Part shown: one piece after another, positions 28,399 through 36,622 of the stretch
Position numbering within the stretch: the stretch's first letter is position 1
Layout: the number at the start of each line of letters is the position of its first letter
Translations under genes and position numbers: made by a program
Source of the DNA: a virus
Virus record (IMG/VR): IMGVR_UViG_3300037418_003060
Location: 1 to 64,000 of that record
Reading direction: 5' to 3' (one strand)
DNA length: 64,000 nt
Notes under the pieces: model-generated
Database searches by the model: none
Told to the model about the DNA's origin: nothing
Seen by the model: the letters and a program-made list of their open reading frames with translations, nothing else

Positions 28399-29075
28399 CC
28401 GCGCCCGTCCACCTCACCCGCTCCTCGTCCAACGCCAAGACCGGCCCGATCCCGGTTTCCACCTCCAGCCAGACCACCTGCCCGACCAGCTGCAAGCTCA
28501 AGGGCAACGGCTGCTACGCCGAGAACGCGCCACTGCTGTTCCACTGGCGCCGCGTGACGCGCGGCGAGGACGTGCCGACCTGGGAACAGTTCCTCGACTC
28601 GATCCGCAAGCTGCCTGACGGCCAGCTGTGGCGCCACAACCAGGCCGGCGACCTGCAGGGCAAGGACAACGTGATCGACGCGAAGGCGCTGCGCCAGCTG
28701 GTGGAAGCCAACACCGGCCGCCGCGGCTTCACCTACACGCACTATCCGGCCACGAAGGAGAACATCCGCGCGCTGCGGCATGCGAACAAAAACGGCTTCA
28801 CGGTGAACCTGTCCGCTGATACGCTTGCGCAAGCTGATGAGCTCGTCAAGCTGGGGCTGCCAGTGGTGGCGATCGTGCCGCCTGGCCACCGCAACTGGAA
28901 GACGCCTGCTGGCCATCGCATCACGATGTGCCCTGCACAGCTGCTGGATTACGTGACCTGCGCGGTGTGCGGCCTGTGCCAGAAACCCAAGCGTCACGCG
29001 ATCGTGGCATTCGAGGCACATGGCGCGCGGGCCAAGACTGTGATGAAAACTTTCCAATTAAAGCTGGAGATCTGA
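28395..29075 (+). CDS. Gp88-like / radical-SAM-fold-like Cys-rich protein
   Basis: NAKTG...TCPTSC...GCYA...RHNQAGD...FTYTH...CPAQ...TCAVCGLC...AHG. Confidence 0.6.
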   Translation: MTAPVHLTRSSSNAKTGPIPVSTSSQTTCPTSCKLKGNGCYAENAPLLFHWRRVTRGEDVPTWEQFLDSIRKLPDGQLWRHNQAGDLQGKDNVIDAKALRQLVEANTGRRGFTYTHYPATKENIRALRHANKNGFTVNLSADTLAQADELVKLGLPVVAIVPPGHRNWKTPAGHRITMCPAQLLDYVTCAVCGLCQKPKRHAIVAFEAHGARAKTVMKTFQLKLEI

Positions 29076-29234
29076 AATGCGGCAGAAAACATCCTTGGTA
29101 ATCTGCGTGCTATGCACGGCAACGAACATCATCTGCATAGGGTTCAACCTTGCGCACAATAATGCGCAAGGTGTGGCTATCGCAGGTGCTGCGGCCTGCC
29201 TCACCGGTGCTGCAGCGTACTTGGTGGGGAGGAG

Positions 29235-29555
29235 ATGATGGGGCCCTGCGCAAAACTGGTCGTACGCTGCACGATCATCACGCCTGACGGCCTGCGCTTC
29301 GTCGGCGAGAACTGGTGCGCCAATCCGCAGCAGGTCTGCCCGCGTGAACCGGGCGAAGGCTACGACAAGTGCAAGAGCATCTGCCAGCAGGCAGGGCACG
29401 CCGAGGAAGTCGCGCTGCAAAACGCCAGCGTGCTGGCCGCCGGCGCGCACGCCTACGTCGAAGGGCACGACCACGCCTGCCGCAGCTGCCAGGTCGCGCT
29501 GTTCGGTGCCGGCGTCAAGGCGCTGACGATCGGCGCGCCGCCGGCGGAGGGCTGA
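29235..29555 (+). CDS. cytidine/dCMP deaminase-like Zn protein
   Basis: G.N...HAEEVAL...HACRSC...AGV deaminase motifs. Confidence 0.75.
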   Translation: MMGPCAKLVVRCTIITPDGLRFVGENWCANPQQVCPREPGEGYDKCKSICQQAGHAEEVALQNASVLAAGAHAYVEGHDHACRSCQVALFGAGVKALTIGAPPAEG

Positions 29556-29556
29556 C

Positions 29557-29733
29557 ATGGACGCCAACATACCGAAGGCCCTGCTGGCCGGCAGCAGCGG
29601 TGTCCTGGCCGGCATCACCACCTGCCCACACGAGCATGACCCGGCCTTCGTGGCCACGGCGCTGATCTGCTTCCTGATCGGCGCCTGGGGCACTTGGTTC
29701 TGCTACCTGACTTCACCCATCCACAAGGACTGA
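29557..29733 (+). CDS. small membrane protein (not in ORF track)
   Basis: GGAGG..TGACATG junction; hydrophobic FVATALICFLIGAW. Confidence 0.5.
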   Translation: MDANIPKALLAGSSGVLAGITTCPHEHDPAFVATALICFLIGAWGTWFCYLTSPIHKD

Positions 29734-29734
29734 C

Positions 29735-29944
29735 ATGGATATCCACCTTATCGCACACCTGCTCATATCGCAGGTTCCGTTTCTGATCATGTTCTGGTGC
29801 GGGCATTACTTCGGCCGCCGCTCGCGCGACACCGAGATCAGCGCGCTGAAGTTCGTGGCTGAAGCAGCCAAGGGCATGGCCATCAACAACGCGGCCATCG
29901 CCGACAAGGTGATCGCCGAGATCAGCAAGCGGGGCCAGGGGTGA
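29735..29944 (+). CDS. small membrane protein
   Basis: N-terminal hydrophobic helix; AAGGA SD. Confidence 0.55.
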   Translation: MDIHLIAHLLISQVPFLIMFWCGHYFGRRSRDTEISALKFVAEAAKGMAINNAAIADKVIAEISKRGQG

Positions 29945-30176
29945 ACGTCCGGCGCTACAAGCCACAAGTCAACGCCTACTGCACGTACTGCAAGGAGGTC
30001 GGCGCCGAGAAGGTGAAGGCCTTCTGGTACCTGACGCACGACCACAGTAAGCGCGCCTGCGAGTCGCACAAGGCGAACCTTGCGGTGCAGCTGGAGGCTG
30101 ACCAGCAGCGCGAGCAGCAGGACCCCAGCGAAGCGGATTACCAGACCTGGCACAAACTTTAACTTACAACTCCAAG

Positions 30177-31091
30177 ATGAAACTAAAAGCTAGTGATCTT
30201 TTCGCCGGCCTCGGCGGATTTACCGAAGCTGCCATCGCTGCCGATATCGATGTGGTCTGGGCCGCGAACCACAGCCCCATCGCCGTCCAGTACCACAAAC
30301 TGAACCACCCTGAGACGGAAGTCGTCTGCCAGGACCTGCAGCAGGCGAACTTTTACGAAGTACCCAAGCACGACATCCTGCTTGCCTCGCCGTGCTGCCA
30401 AGGGCATACTCCGGCGCGCGGCAAGGACCAGCCGCACCACGACAAGTCGCGCAGCACTGCCTGGGCCGTGCTGGCTTGCGCCGAGGCGCACCGCGAGGAA
30501 GCCATCGTGGTCGAGAACGTGAAGGAGTTCATGGACTGGACCTTGTACCCGGTCTGGAAGGACGGCCTGCACCGGCTCGGCTATAGCGTGGCCGAGCATG
30601 TGGTCGACGCTGCCGACTACGGCGTGCCGCAGCACCGCGTGCGCGCCATCATCGTGGCCACGAAGTCGAAGAACCCGCTGTACCTGGACCCGCCCAAGCA
30701 GCCGCACGTGCCGGCTCGTTCGTTCATCGAGTGGGATGACCACAAGTGGTTCGACATCGCCGACAAGGTGCAGGCCACGCAGGACCGCGCCGCCGCCGGC
30801 CGCGCGCGGTTCGGCGACACCTTCCTCATGCCATTCTACGGCAGCGGCAGCGGCAAGACCGGGCGCAGCCTGGACCGCCCGATCGGCACCATCACCACGC
30901 TGGATCGCTGGGCGCTGGTACGCGGCGACAAGATGCGGATCCTGCAGCCGTCCGAGAACCGGGCGGCGATGGGCATGCGCAGCACCTTGCTGCTGCCGAA
31001 GGTCAAGCGCGAGGCGGGCATCATGATTGGCAACGCCGTGTGCCCGCCGAAGATGACGGCATTTTTGAACGAATTGCAGAGGAGGGTGTGA
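30177..31091 (+). CDS. DNA (cytosine-5) methyltransferase, orphan
   Basis: Motifs I FAGLGG, IV SPCCQ, VI ENV, VIII QHRVR, X IGNAV. Confidence 0.92.
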   Translation: MKLKASDLFAGLGGFTEAAIAADIDVVWAANHSPIAVQYHKLNHPETEVVCQDLQQANFYEVPKHDILLASPCCQGHTPARGKDQPHHDKSRSTAWAVLACAEAHREEAIVVENVKEFMDWTLYPVWKDGLHRLGYSVAEHVVDAADYGVPQHRVRAIIVATKSKNPLYLDPPKQPHVPARSFIEWDDHKWFDIADKVQATQDRAAAGRARFGDTFLMPFYGSGSGKTGRSLDRPIGTITTLDRWALVRGDKMRILQPSENRAAMGMRSTLLLPKVKREAGIMIGNAVCPPKMTAFLNELQRRV

Positions 31092-31636
31092 TGGAAGATG
31101 AGTATTTCGGAGAAGAGCCGGCACGTCGCCGGGTGGAGGTGAAGGGGCCTAATTTCCAGCAGGTGCCCAAGAACGCTGACTGGGTTCGCCGGTTCTTCGA
31201 ACAGCCGGAGCCGAAGTGGCAGGTGTTGGAGTTCGACGTCGGTCCGGACGAGGACGGCGGACCCAGCGTGCGCATGATCACGCGCGATGCTCCGGTGACC
31301 GTCGTCAGCAAGGGCCGCACACCTGGCCTGTCGACGATGTCGGCTGCCGCAGCGGTATCCCCAGTCGTGTCGATGGCGCTGGCTGCCGCAGCGGAGCAGG
31401 AGATTAAGGGCGTTAGGGAGGTCCCGCGCACGTTGTCGCAGACGGAAGGTACGCCGAGAATCGTTATGACCGGCGGGCGCCGGACAGGGCGTGCTGCCGC
31501 CGAGAACAGGCTGCAAGCACTGCTTGCCCAGGCCGCGCTGGAAGAAGGCATGCTGATGATGCCGTCCGCGCTGACTGGGCCGCGCCGCACACTCATCAAC
31601 GTCGCCGTGCGCAACGCGCTGCGGCAGTGGAGGTGA
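31091..31636 (+). CDS. hypothetical protein
   Basis: TGATG coupling, GGAGG SD. Confidence 0.6.
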   Translation: MEDEYFGEEPARRRVEVKGPNFQQVPKNADWVRRFFEQPEPKWQVLEFDVGPDEDGGPSVRMITRDAPVTVVSKGRTPGLSTMSAAAAVSPVVSMALAAAAEQEIKGVREVPRTLSQTEGTPRIVMTGGRRTGRAAAENRLQALLAQAALEEGMLMMPSALTGPRRTLINVAVRNALRQWR

Positions 31637-32178
31637 GTGTGAAGCGCCACGTCTACCGCATCGGCGACACGGTGCGCATCGTGAACCCGCGCTGGATCGA
31701 GCGTGTCGGCTACCCGCTCGTCTGGTACAACCTGCTCGAGGAGGTGCAGCGGGACCTGAAAGTCGGCCAGGCCTGGGACGTGCTCAATGGCCGGCCGCCG
31801 CGCGGCGCGCCGCCAGAAGTCAAGGGAGGCCTGTTCGGTGTGCTGCAGGCACGCGAGCCGACGCACGGCGTGCCGCGCTACTTCTTGCAGGCAGCCGCTA
31901 AGGCGCTGGTCGAGCAGCGCGGCTTCGGTGGCAACGAGCGCCAGATTTTTTACGTGCAAGACCTGCCAGAGAACTGCGGCCAGCGCCTGAAGCTTGAGGT
32001 GCTCGGCAAGCGTGTGGTGAAGACTGGTACCCGCTTCCCGGCGAGCTACCACCAGTATGACGACGGAGACGGAGAACCTGGCGGCCTGGATAACGAGAAG
32101 ACGCACATCATCCTGCGTACGTCGTACGGCGAGATCGAAGCGTGCAATGTTGAACCCATAACTGGAGACCAAAAATGA
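31633..32178 (+). CDS. hypothetical protein
   Basis: ORF track, GTGA coupling. Confidence 0.65.
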   Translation: MSVKRHVYRIGDTVRIVNPRWIERVGYPLVWYNLLEEVQRDLKVGQAWDVLNGRPPRGAPPEVKGGLFGVLQAREPTHGVPRYFLQAAAKALVEQRGFGGNERQIFYVQDLPENCGQRLKLEVLGKRVVKTGTRFPASYHQYDDGDGEPGGLDNEKTHIILRTSYGEIEACNVEPITGDQK

Positions 32179-32792
32179 AAGAACTACTCTGGCGCGCACT
32201 GGCGCGCTTCGTCGCCAAGCCACTCATCGCCGACTGGCTGATTCACCGTGCCCTGCAAACGCCGTACACCCACATCTGGAAGAACGGCGAGATCTACATG
32301 CAGCGCTTCTGGCTTTTCAACCCGTACCCTGGACCCGACAACGGCGGGCGCCGGCGCTGGGGCGACTGGCTGCCGTCGGTGCGACTGCATCGCATCCGGC
32401 TCGAAGACCAGGACCGCGACATGCATGACCATCCGTGGGACGCGCGTACCATCATCCTGCGCGGCTGGTATATCGAGGACCGGCTCGAGCCGGCCGAGCC
32501 GCGCCAGCTGGAAGCGCCGATCAAGCCGGGCGTTATCACGGCCGAGGGCGAGCACCTGCAGGTCAACACCTACCACCGGCAGGAGGGCGATACCGCGCCG
32601 CTCAACTTTGGCGAGTACCACCAGATCACGGCCATCATAACCGGCGGTGTCTGGACGATGTTCATCACGTGGAAATACCGCGGCACCTGGGGCTTCCTGG
32701 TCGACGGTGTGAAAGTGCCATGGAAGCAGTATTTGAACCGCGGCCGGCGTGCCGCTGACAAGGAGACCCATCATGCCCAAGTGGGAAGTTAA
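32175..32792 (+). CDS. cupin-fold-like protein
   Basis: RLHRI..D..HDHPW...ILRG.Y.E ... YHQI ... WTMFIT ... WGF. Confidence 0.55.
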   Translation: MKELLWRALARFVAKPLIADWLIHRALQTPYTHIWKNGEIYMQRFWLFNPYPGPDNGGRRRWGDWLPSVRLHRIRLEDQDRDMHDHPWDARTIILRGWYIEDRLEPAEPRQLEAPIKPGVITAEGEHLQVNTYHRQEGDTAPLNFGEYHQITAIITGGVWTMFITWKYRGTWGFLVDGVKVPWKQYLNRGRRAADKETHHAQVGS

Positions 32793-32950
32793 ACTCGTCT
32801 TCACCTGCGGCAGCTACACCGCCATGGTGACCGCAGAAACCGGCCAGCGCGCGATAGAGCTTGCCACGATCTACGCGCGCATGGCCAAGCCGTCCGGCAC
32901 CCATTTCGGCCGTCTTCTCGAGGCACCGAAAGCAACCCTGAAAGAAGAAA

Positions 32951-33187
32951 ATGATAACGACAACCCAAAAAGAGACGCGGGCTAGCTTCTATGCCCGCAA
33001 GTACGGCGGCGGCTACCGCACCGCGCGCAGCGAGTTCAGGTGCGAGGTCACGCTGTGCCTGAACCGCATTACGCCTGGCGTGCGCTACTTCGACACGCAA
33101 CAGGTGACGACCTGGCCCAAGACCTTGCGCATCTGCGCATGCTGCGCGGAGGGCGCACTCGCAACTCCCTGGCACGTCGGCTCGTAA
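32951..33187 (+). CDS. small zinc-binding protein
   Basis: TARSEFRC....C...I.PG..Y...CACC. Confidence 0.55.
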   Translation: MITTTQKETRASFYARKYGGGYRTARSEFRCEVTLCLNRITPGVRYFDTQQVTTWPKTLRICACCAEGALATPWHVGS

Positions 33188-33230
33188 CCCACCTAACGGC
33201 AACACTCGTTGCCGTTCCTCAAAATATTCT

Positions 33231-33260
33231 TTGACACATCTGCAGAGTTTGTCTTACTCT
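33231..33260 (+). promoter_or_regulatory. putative sigma70 promoter for the replication module
   Basis: AAAATATT upstream, TTGACA(33231)-18 bp-TACTCT. Confidence 0.55.
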
Positions 33261-33291
33261 GTGCCCTCCTATTCCCTGAAGGAAAATTCCT

Positions 33292-34143
33292 ATGTTCAAG
33301 TCCGCCACCGTTTTCGAGATCCAGAAGCCTGCCGACTTCAAGGGCCTGGCCGAGAAGCTCGCCGCCTGCCCGTTCACCCCGGTCGGCAGCCTGCAGGCCG
33401 AATCGTTCGGCTTCGAGCCGGTCCACGAAGGCACGCTCACCTTCCGCAGCCACAACTGCGAGCTGTTCCGGTTCACCGTCGAGCAGAAGCGCATCCCGAA
33501 GTCGGCCATCAACGTCGAGCTGAAGGCGCGCTGCGCGGCGTTCGAGAAGGAGGCCGGCGTCCCGCCCGGCAAGAAGGCAAAGAAGGAGCTGCGCGAGCGT
33601 GTGGTCGACGACCTGCTGCCGCGGGCGCTGCCGTCGCGCCGCTCGGTGCTGGTGTGGGCCGATTACGACAGCAGCCGCCTGGTTATCGACTCGACCTCCA
33701 ACACCACCATCGACCTGTTCTGGAAAGCCTTCTTCAAGTGCGTGCAGACGGACATCGGCACCACCGACAAATGGCTCGGCGCCAGGGTGCTGGGCGAGTG
33801 GCTGGACGACCTGGTGAATCTGCCGTCGACCTATTCGGTGGACGACGCCGTCAAGCTCGAATACCCGAACGGCGCGGTCGTCACGTTCAAGAAGGCCGAC
33901 CTGGACACCGAGCGCGTGCGCGGGCACCTATCCAACGGCGCTAGCGTGGCGTCCCTGGCCATGACCTACGACAGCCGCCTGTCGTTCGTGGTCACGCCGG
34001 CACGCCAGATCCGTTCGATCAAGCCACTCGACGTGCTCAAGGAGCGTCAGGTAGAGAACGACCTGGACGCTTTCGAGAACGACTTTGTGCTGATGACGGG
34101 CGAGCTGCGCGCACTGTTCGATTCGTTCGCCGAGTGGGCATGA
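33292..34143 (+). CDS. rdgC: recombination-associated protein RdgC
   Basis: MFKS..VF...F.P....ESFGF...EQKRIP...L.PRA...DF.LMTGEL RdgC pattern. Confidence 0.88.
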   Translation: MFKSATVFEIQKPADFKGLAEKLAACPFTPVGSLQAESFGFEPVHEGTLTFRSHNCELFRFTVEQKRIPKSAINVELKARCAAFEKEAGVPPGKKAKKELRERVVDDLLPRALPSRRSVLVWADYDSSRLVIDSTSNTTIDLFWKAFFKCVQTDIGTTDKWLGARVLGEWLDDLVNLPSTYSVDDAVKLEYPNGAVVTFKKADLDTERVRGHLSNGASVASLAMTYDSRLSFVVTPARQIRSIKPLDVLKERQVENDLDAFENDFVLMTGELRALFDSFAEWA

Positions 34144-34592
34144 TGGTCACGCTGCAGGAGCAGCGCCTGATGAAGGCGCTGCGCGATTATCAGCCGTTCT
34201 GGATGGGCGCGCCGTCGGCCTGGGTGTGGCGGGGCCCGAACGGGCCGCAAGGCCTTGGCATGCTGCCGAGGCCGCGCGACCTGAGGCAGGCGCACGTCGA
34301 CGAGTCGCCATACCGCTGCTTCGGCCTCATTAACCTGCTGTGGCTGTCGATGGACATGCCGCGGCCGCCCACGCATTACGACGCCAGGCAGAACAGCCTG
34401 TACTGCATGCTGCTGATCTCGGCCGGTTCGATGCTGGTCGACGGGATGCCGCTCATCGAGCAGGCGTCGGCACTGACCCTGCACCAGTTTCACGACCTTG
34501 CCGCCACTGGCAAATTCTCAAGCAAGCAGGAGCACAACATCCTGCCGCTCTTGAAGCTGCTTGCGTTCCGGCGCCTGAAGGAGGAGGCATGA
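34140..34592 (+). CDS. hypothetical protein
   Basis: ATGA coupling on both sides. Confidence 0.6.
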   Translation: MMVTLQEQRLMKALRDYQPFWMGAPSAWVWRGPNGPQGLGMLPRPRDLRQAHVDESPYRCFGLINLLWLSMDMPRPPTHYDARQNSLYCMLLISAGSMLVDGMPLIEQASALTLHQFHDLAATGKFSSKQEHNILPLLKLLAFRRLKEEA

Positions 34593-36058
34593 GCGACCTG
34601 TTCCCGATCGGCCAGCGCCGCACGCTGGAAGAAGTGCTGGCCACGCACGGCCCGCTGCCGTTCTACCGGCCGGACGGCACGTTGTCCGAGCTGAACGCGA
34701 TGCAGAAGGAAGACATCGTCAGGCTGGCCGAGCTGGTGCGCGCGCTGGGCGACCTGCCGGTGGGCTATGGCAAGACGGCGATCCTGACCTGTGTGGCGCT
34801 GATGCTGGGCGCGCGCACCAATGTGATCCTGATGCCCCCGGTGCTGGTGCCACAGTGGGTGAAGTGGCTGAACAAGCTCAAGGGCATGGGGCAGGTGCTG
34901 GCGTACAGCGGCGGCCCTGCCAAGCGTCAGGCGCTGGACATCGGGGCGGCGCGCTGGCTGGTGATGAGCTACGGCGTGTTTAACAACGACATCGACCGCC
35001 TGCTCCGGCTGCCCGGGCCGCGCCTGATCGGTGTGGACGAGGTGCAGAACATCAAGGGCCGCGGCGTGCTGTACAAGAACGTGAACAAGTTCGCGCCGTA
35101 CCCTGAGCCGTTCATCGGCATGTCCGGCACGATCATGAGCAAGCCCGACGACGGCTACGCCTATGTGAAGATGAACACGCCGACCGTGTACGCCACGCAC
35201 CGCGTGTTCCGCGCGACCCACGTACTCGAGTACGACTTCTTCGACAACCCGGTGAAGTGGCACAACCTGGACCTGCTGGAGAAGAACCTTGACCTGGCGC
35301 GCGTACGCCGCACGAAGGCCGAGGTGCACGCCCACCTGCCGCAACCGGTGTACGTCCCGCTCGAATACGATCTGGCGCCGGCACACCTGCAGCTGTACCA
35401 CCGGCTGATGGACGAGCAGCTGCTGGAGGTGGCTGACGGCAAGATCGACGCCACCACTGCGGGCAAGCTGTACACCTGCAGCCAGCAGATCATCGCCAAC
35501 TGGGGCTACTTCTCGGACGACGAGAAAAACGTGCCGCAGCTGTTCGAAATGCTCGAGCAGGTATGCGACGAACTTGGGCTGGGCGATCCGGTGCTGCCAG
35601 GGGAAGAACGCAGCAAGCTTATCGTCTGGTCCAAGTTCAGGATGACAACCCGGCGGCTGATCGCCTTCATGAATAAGTACCTCAAGCCCAAGGGCAAGTA
35701 CGCCACCGCAGCGTATGGCGAGGTTGATTCGGCCAAGGGGTTGGAGGAGTTCAAGCACGATCCGGATTGCGTGGCCGGCGTGTTCCAGCCAGGCTCGGTG
35801 GGCGCCGGTGCCGACGGCATTCAGCATGTCTGCTGGGCCCAGTTCTGGGTCGAAATGCCTACCACCACCATCCCGTTCAACCAGAGCGTGGGGCGCTGCG
35901 ATCGCGAGGGGCAGCGCTTCCAGCCGACGATCTGGATCGCCGTGGCGCGCCGCACGCTCCAGCAGACCCTGCTCAAGAACCTGTTTGCCAACGACCAGCT
36001 GGTGGTGCAGGCCGGTGGTTCCAAGCAAAGCATCAAGGAATTGATCTTTCCTAAGTGA
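34589..36058 (+). CDS. SNF2-like superfamily 2 helicase
   Basis: VGYGKT (I), DEVQ (II), MSGT (III), QSVGRCDREGQ (VI); GGAGG SD. Confidence 0.88.
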   Translation: MSDLFPIGQRRTLEEVLATHGPLPFYRPDGTLSELNAMQKEDIVRLAELVRALGDLPVGYGKTAILTCVALMLGARTNVILMPPVLVPQWVKWLNKLKGMGQVLAYSGGPAKRQALDIGAARWLVMSYGVFNNDIDRLLRLPGPRLIGVDEVQNIKGRGVLYKNVNKFAPYPEPFIGMSGTIMSKPDDGYAYVKMNTPTVYATHRVFRATHVLEYDFFDNPVKWHNLDLLEKNLDLARVRRTKAEVHAHLPQPVYVPLEYDLAPAHLQLYHRLMDEQLLEVADGKIDATTAGKLYTCSQQIIANWGYFSDDEKNVPQLFEMLEQVCDELGLGDPVLPGEERSKLIVWSKFRMTTRRLIAFMNKYLKPKGKYATAAYGEVDSAKGLEEFKHDPDCVAGVFQPGSVGAGADGIQHVCWAQFWVEMPTTTIPFNQSVGRCDREGQRFQPTIWIAVARRTLQQTLLKNLFANDQLVVQAGGSKQSIKELIFPK

Positions 36059-36105
36059 AAGAGCACAATTGCTGTTCCGCAATCCAGTAATAAGAAAGTA
36101 TAAAA

Positions 36106-36615
36106 ATGACAATAGACGTTTCAGCTCGTGCCGAGCGCCTGCACCAAGAACGCGTGTGGCTGCGTCGCCGCACGCAGGGGGATGAGTTGTTTGAGAAGCT
36201 GGGCTGCACTCACGCCACCTATGCCTACGAAGGCCGGCGCTTTGTGGCCTGGACTGTTGTCGACGGCAAGCCGCGTATCGAGGCCCTGTTCCGCGCCGAC
36301 GCGATTAAGCTGACCGCTGGCGGCCTGGCGGTGACCTTCGACGTGCAGCGGCCAGGCCACGGCCTCGGGCGCTTTACTGCCACCGCACAGCCCGAGAAGG
36401 TCCCGGGCCTTGACCTGTTCCTTTGGATGCCCGCCTTCGGCGACATCCACTACGTGCCCTTCAAATGGTCGGATGAGCACTCGCCATGGCGCGTTTCCGT
36501 CTCCTTCGTCGCCAAGACCGGCAACCGCCCCGATGTGGGCGCGGTCGAAGGCGGTCGCTATTTCGCGACTGCGAAGGAATTTGCCAGCTACTGGCCGGAA
36601 CACGCCATCGCTTGA
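36106..36615 (+). CDS. hypothetical protein
   Basis: ORF after AT-rich gap. Confidence 0.65.
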   Translation: MTIDVSARAERLHQERVWLRRRTQGDELFEKLGCTHATYAYEGRRFVAWTVVDGKPRIEALFRADAIKLTAGGLAVTFDVQRPGHGLGRFTATAQPEKVPGLDLFLWMPAFGDIHYVPFKWSDEHSPWRVSVSFVAKTGNRPDVGAVEGGRYFATAKEFASYWPEHAIA

Positions 36616-36622
36616 GGGCTCC

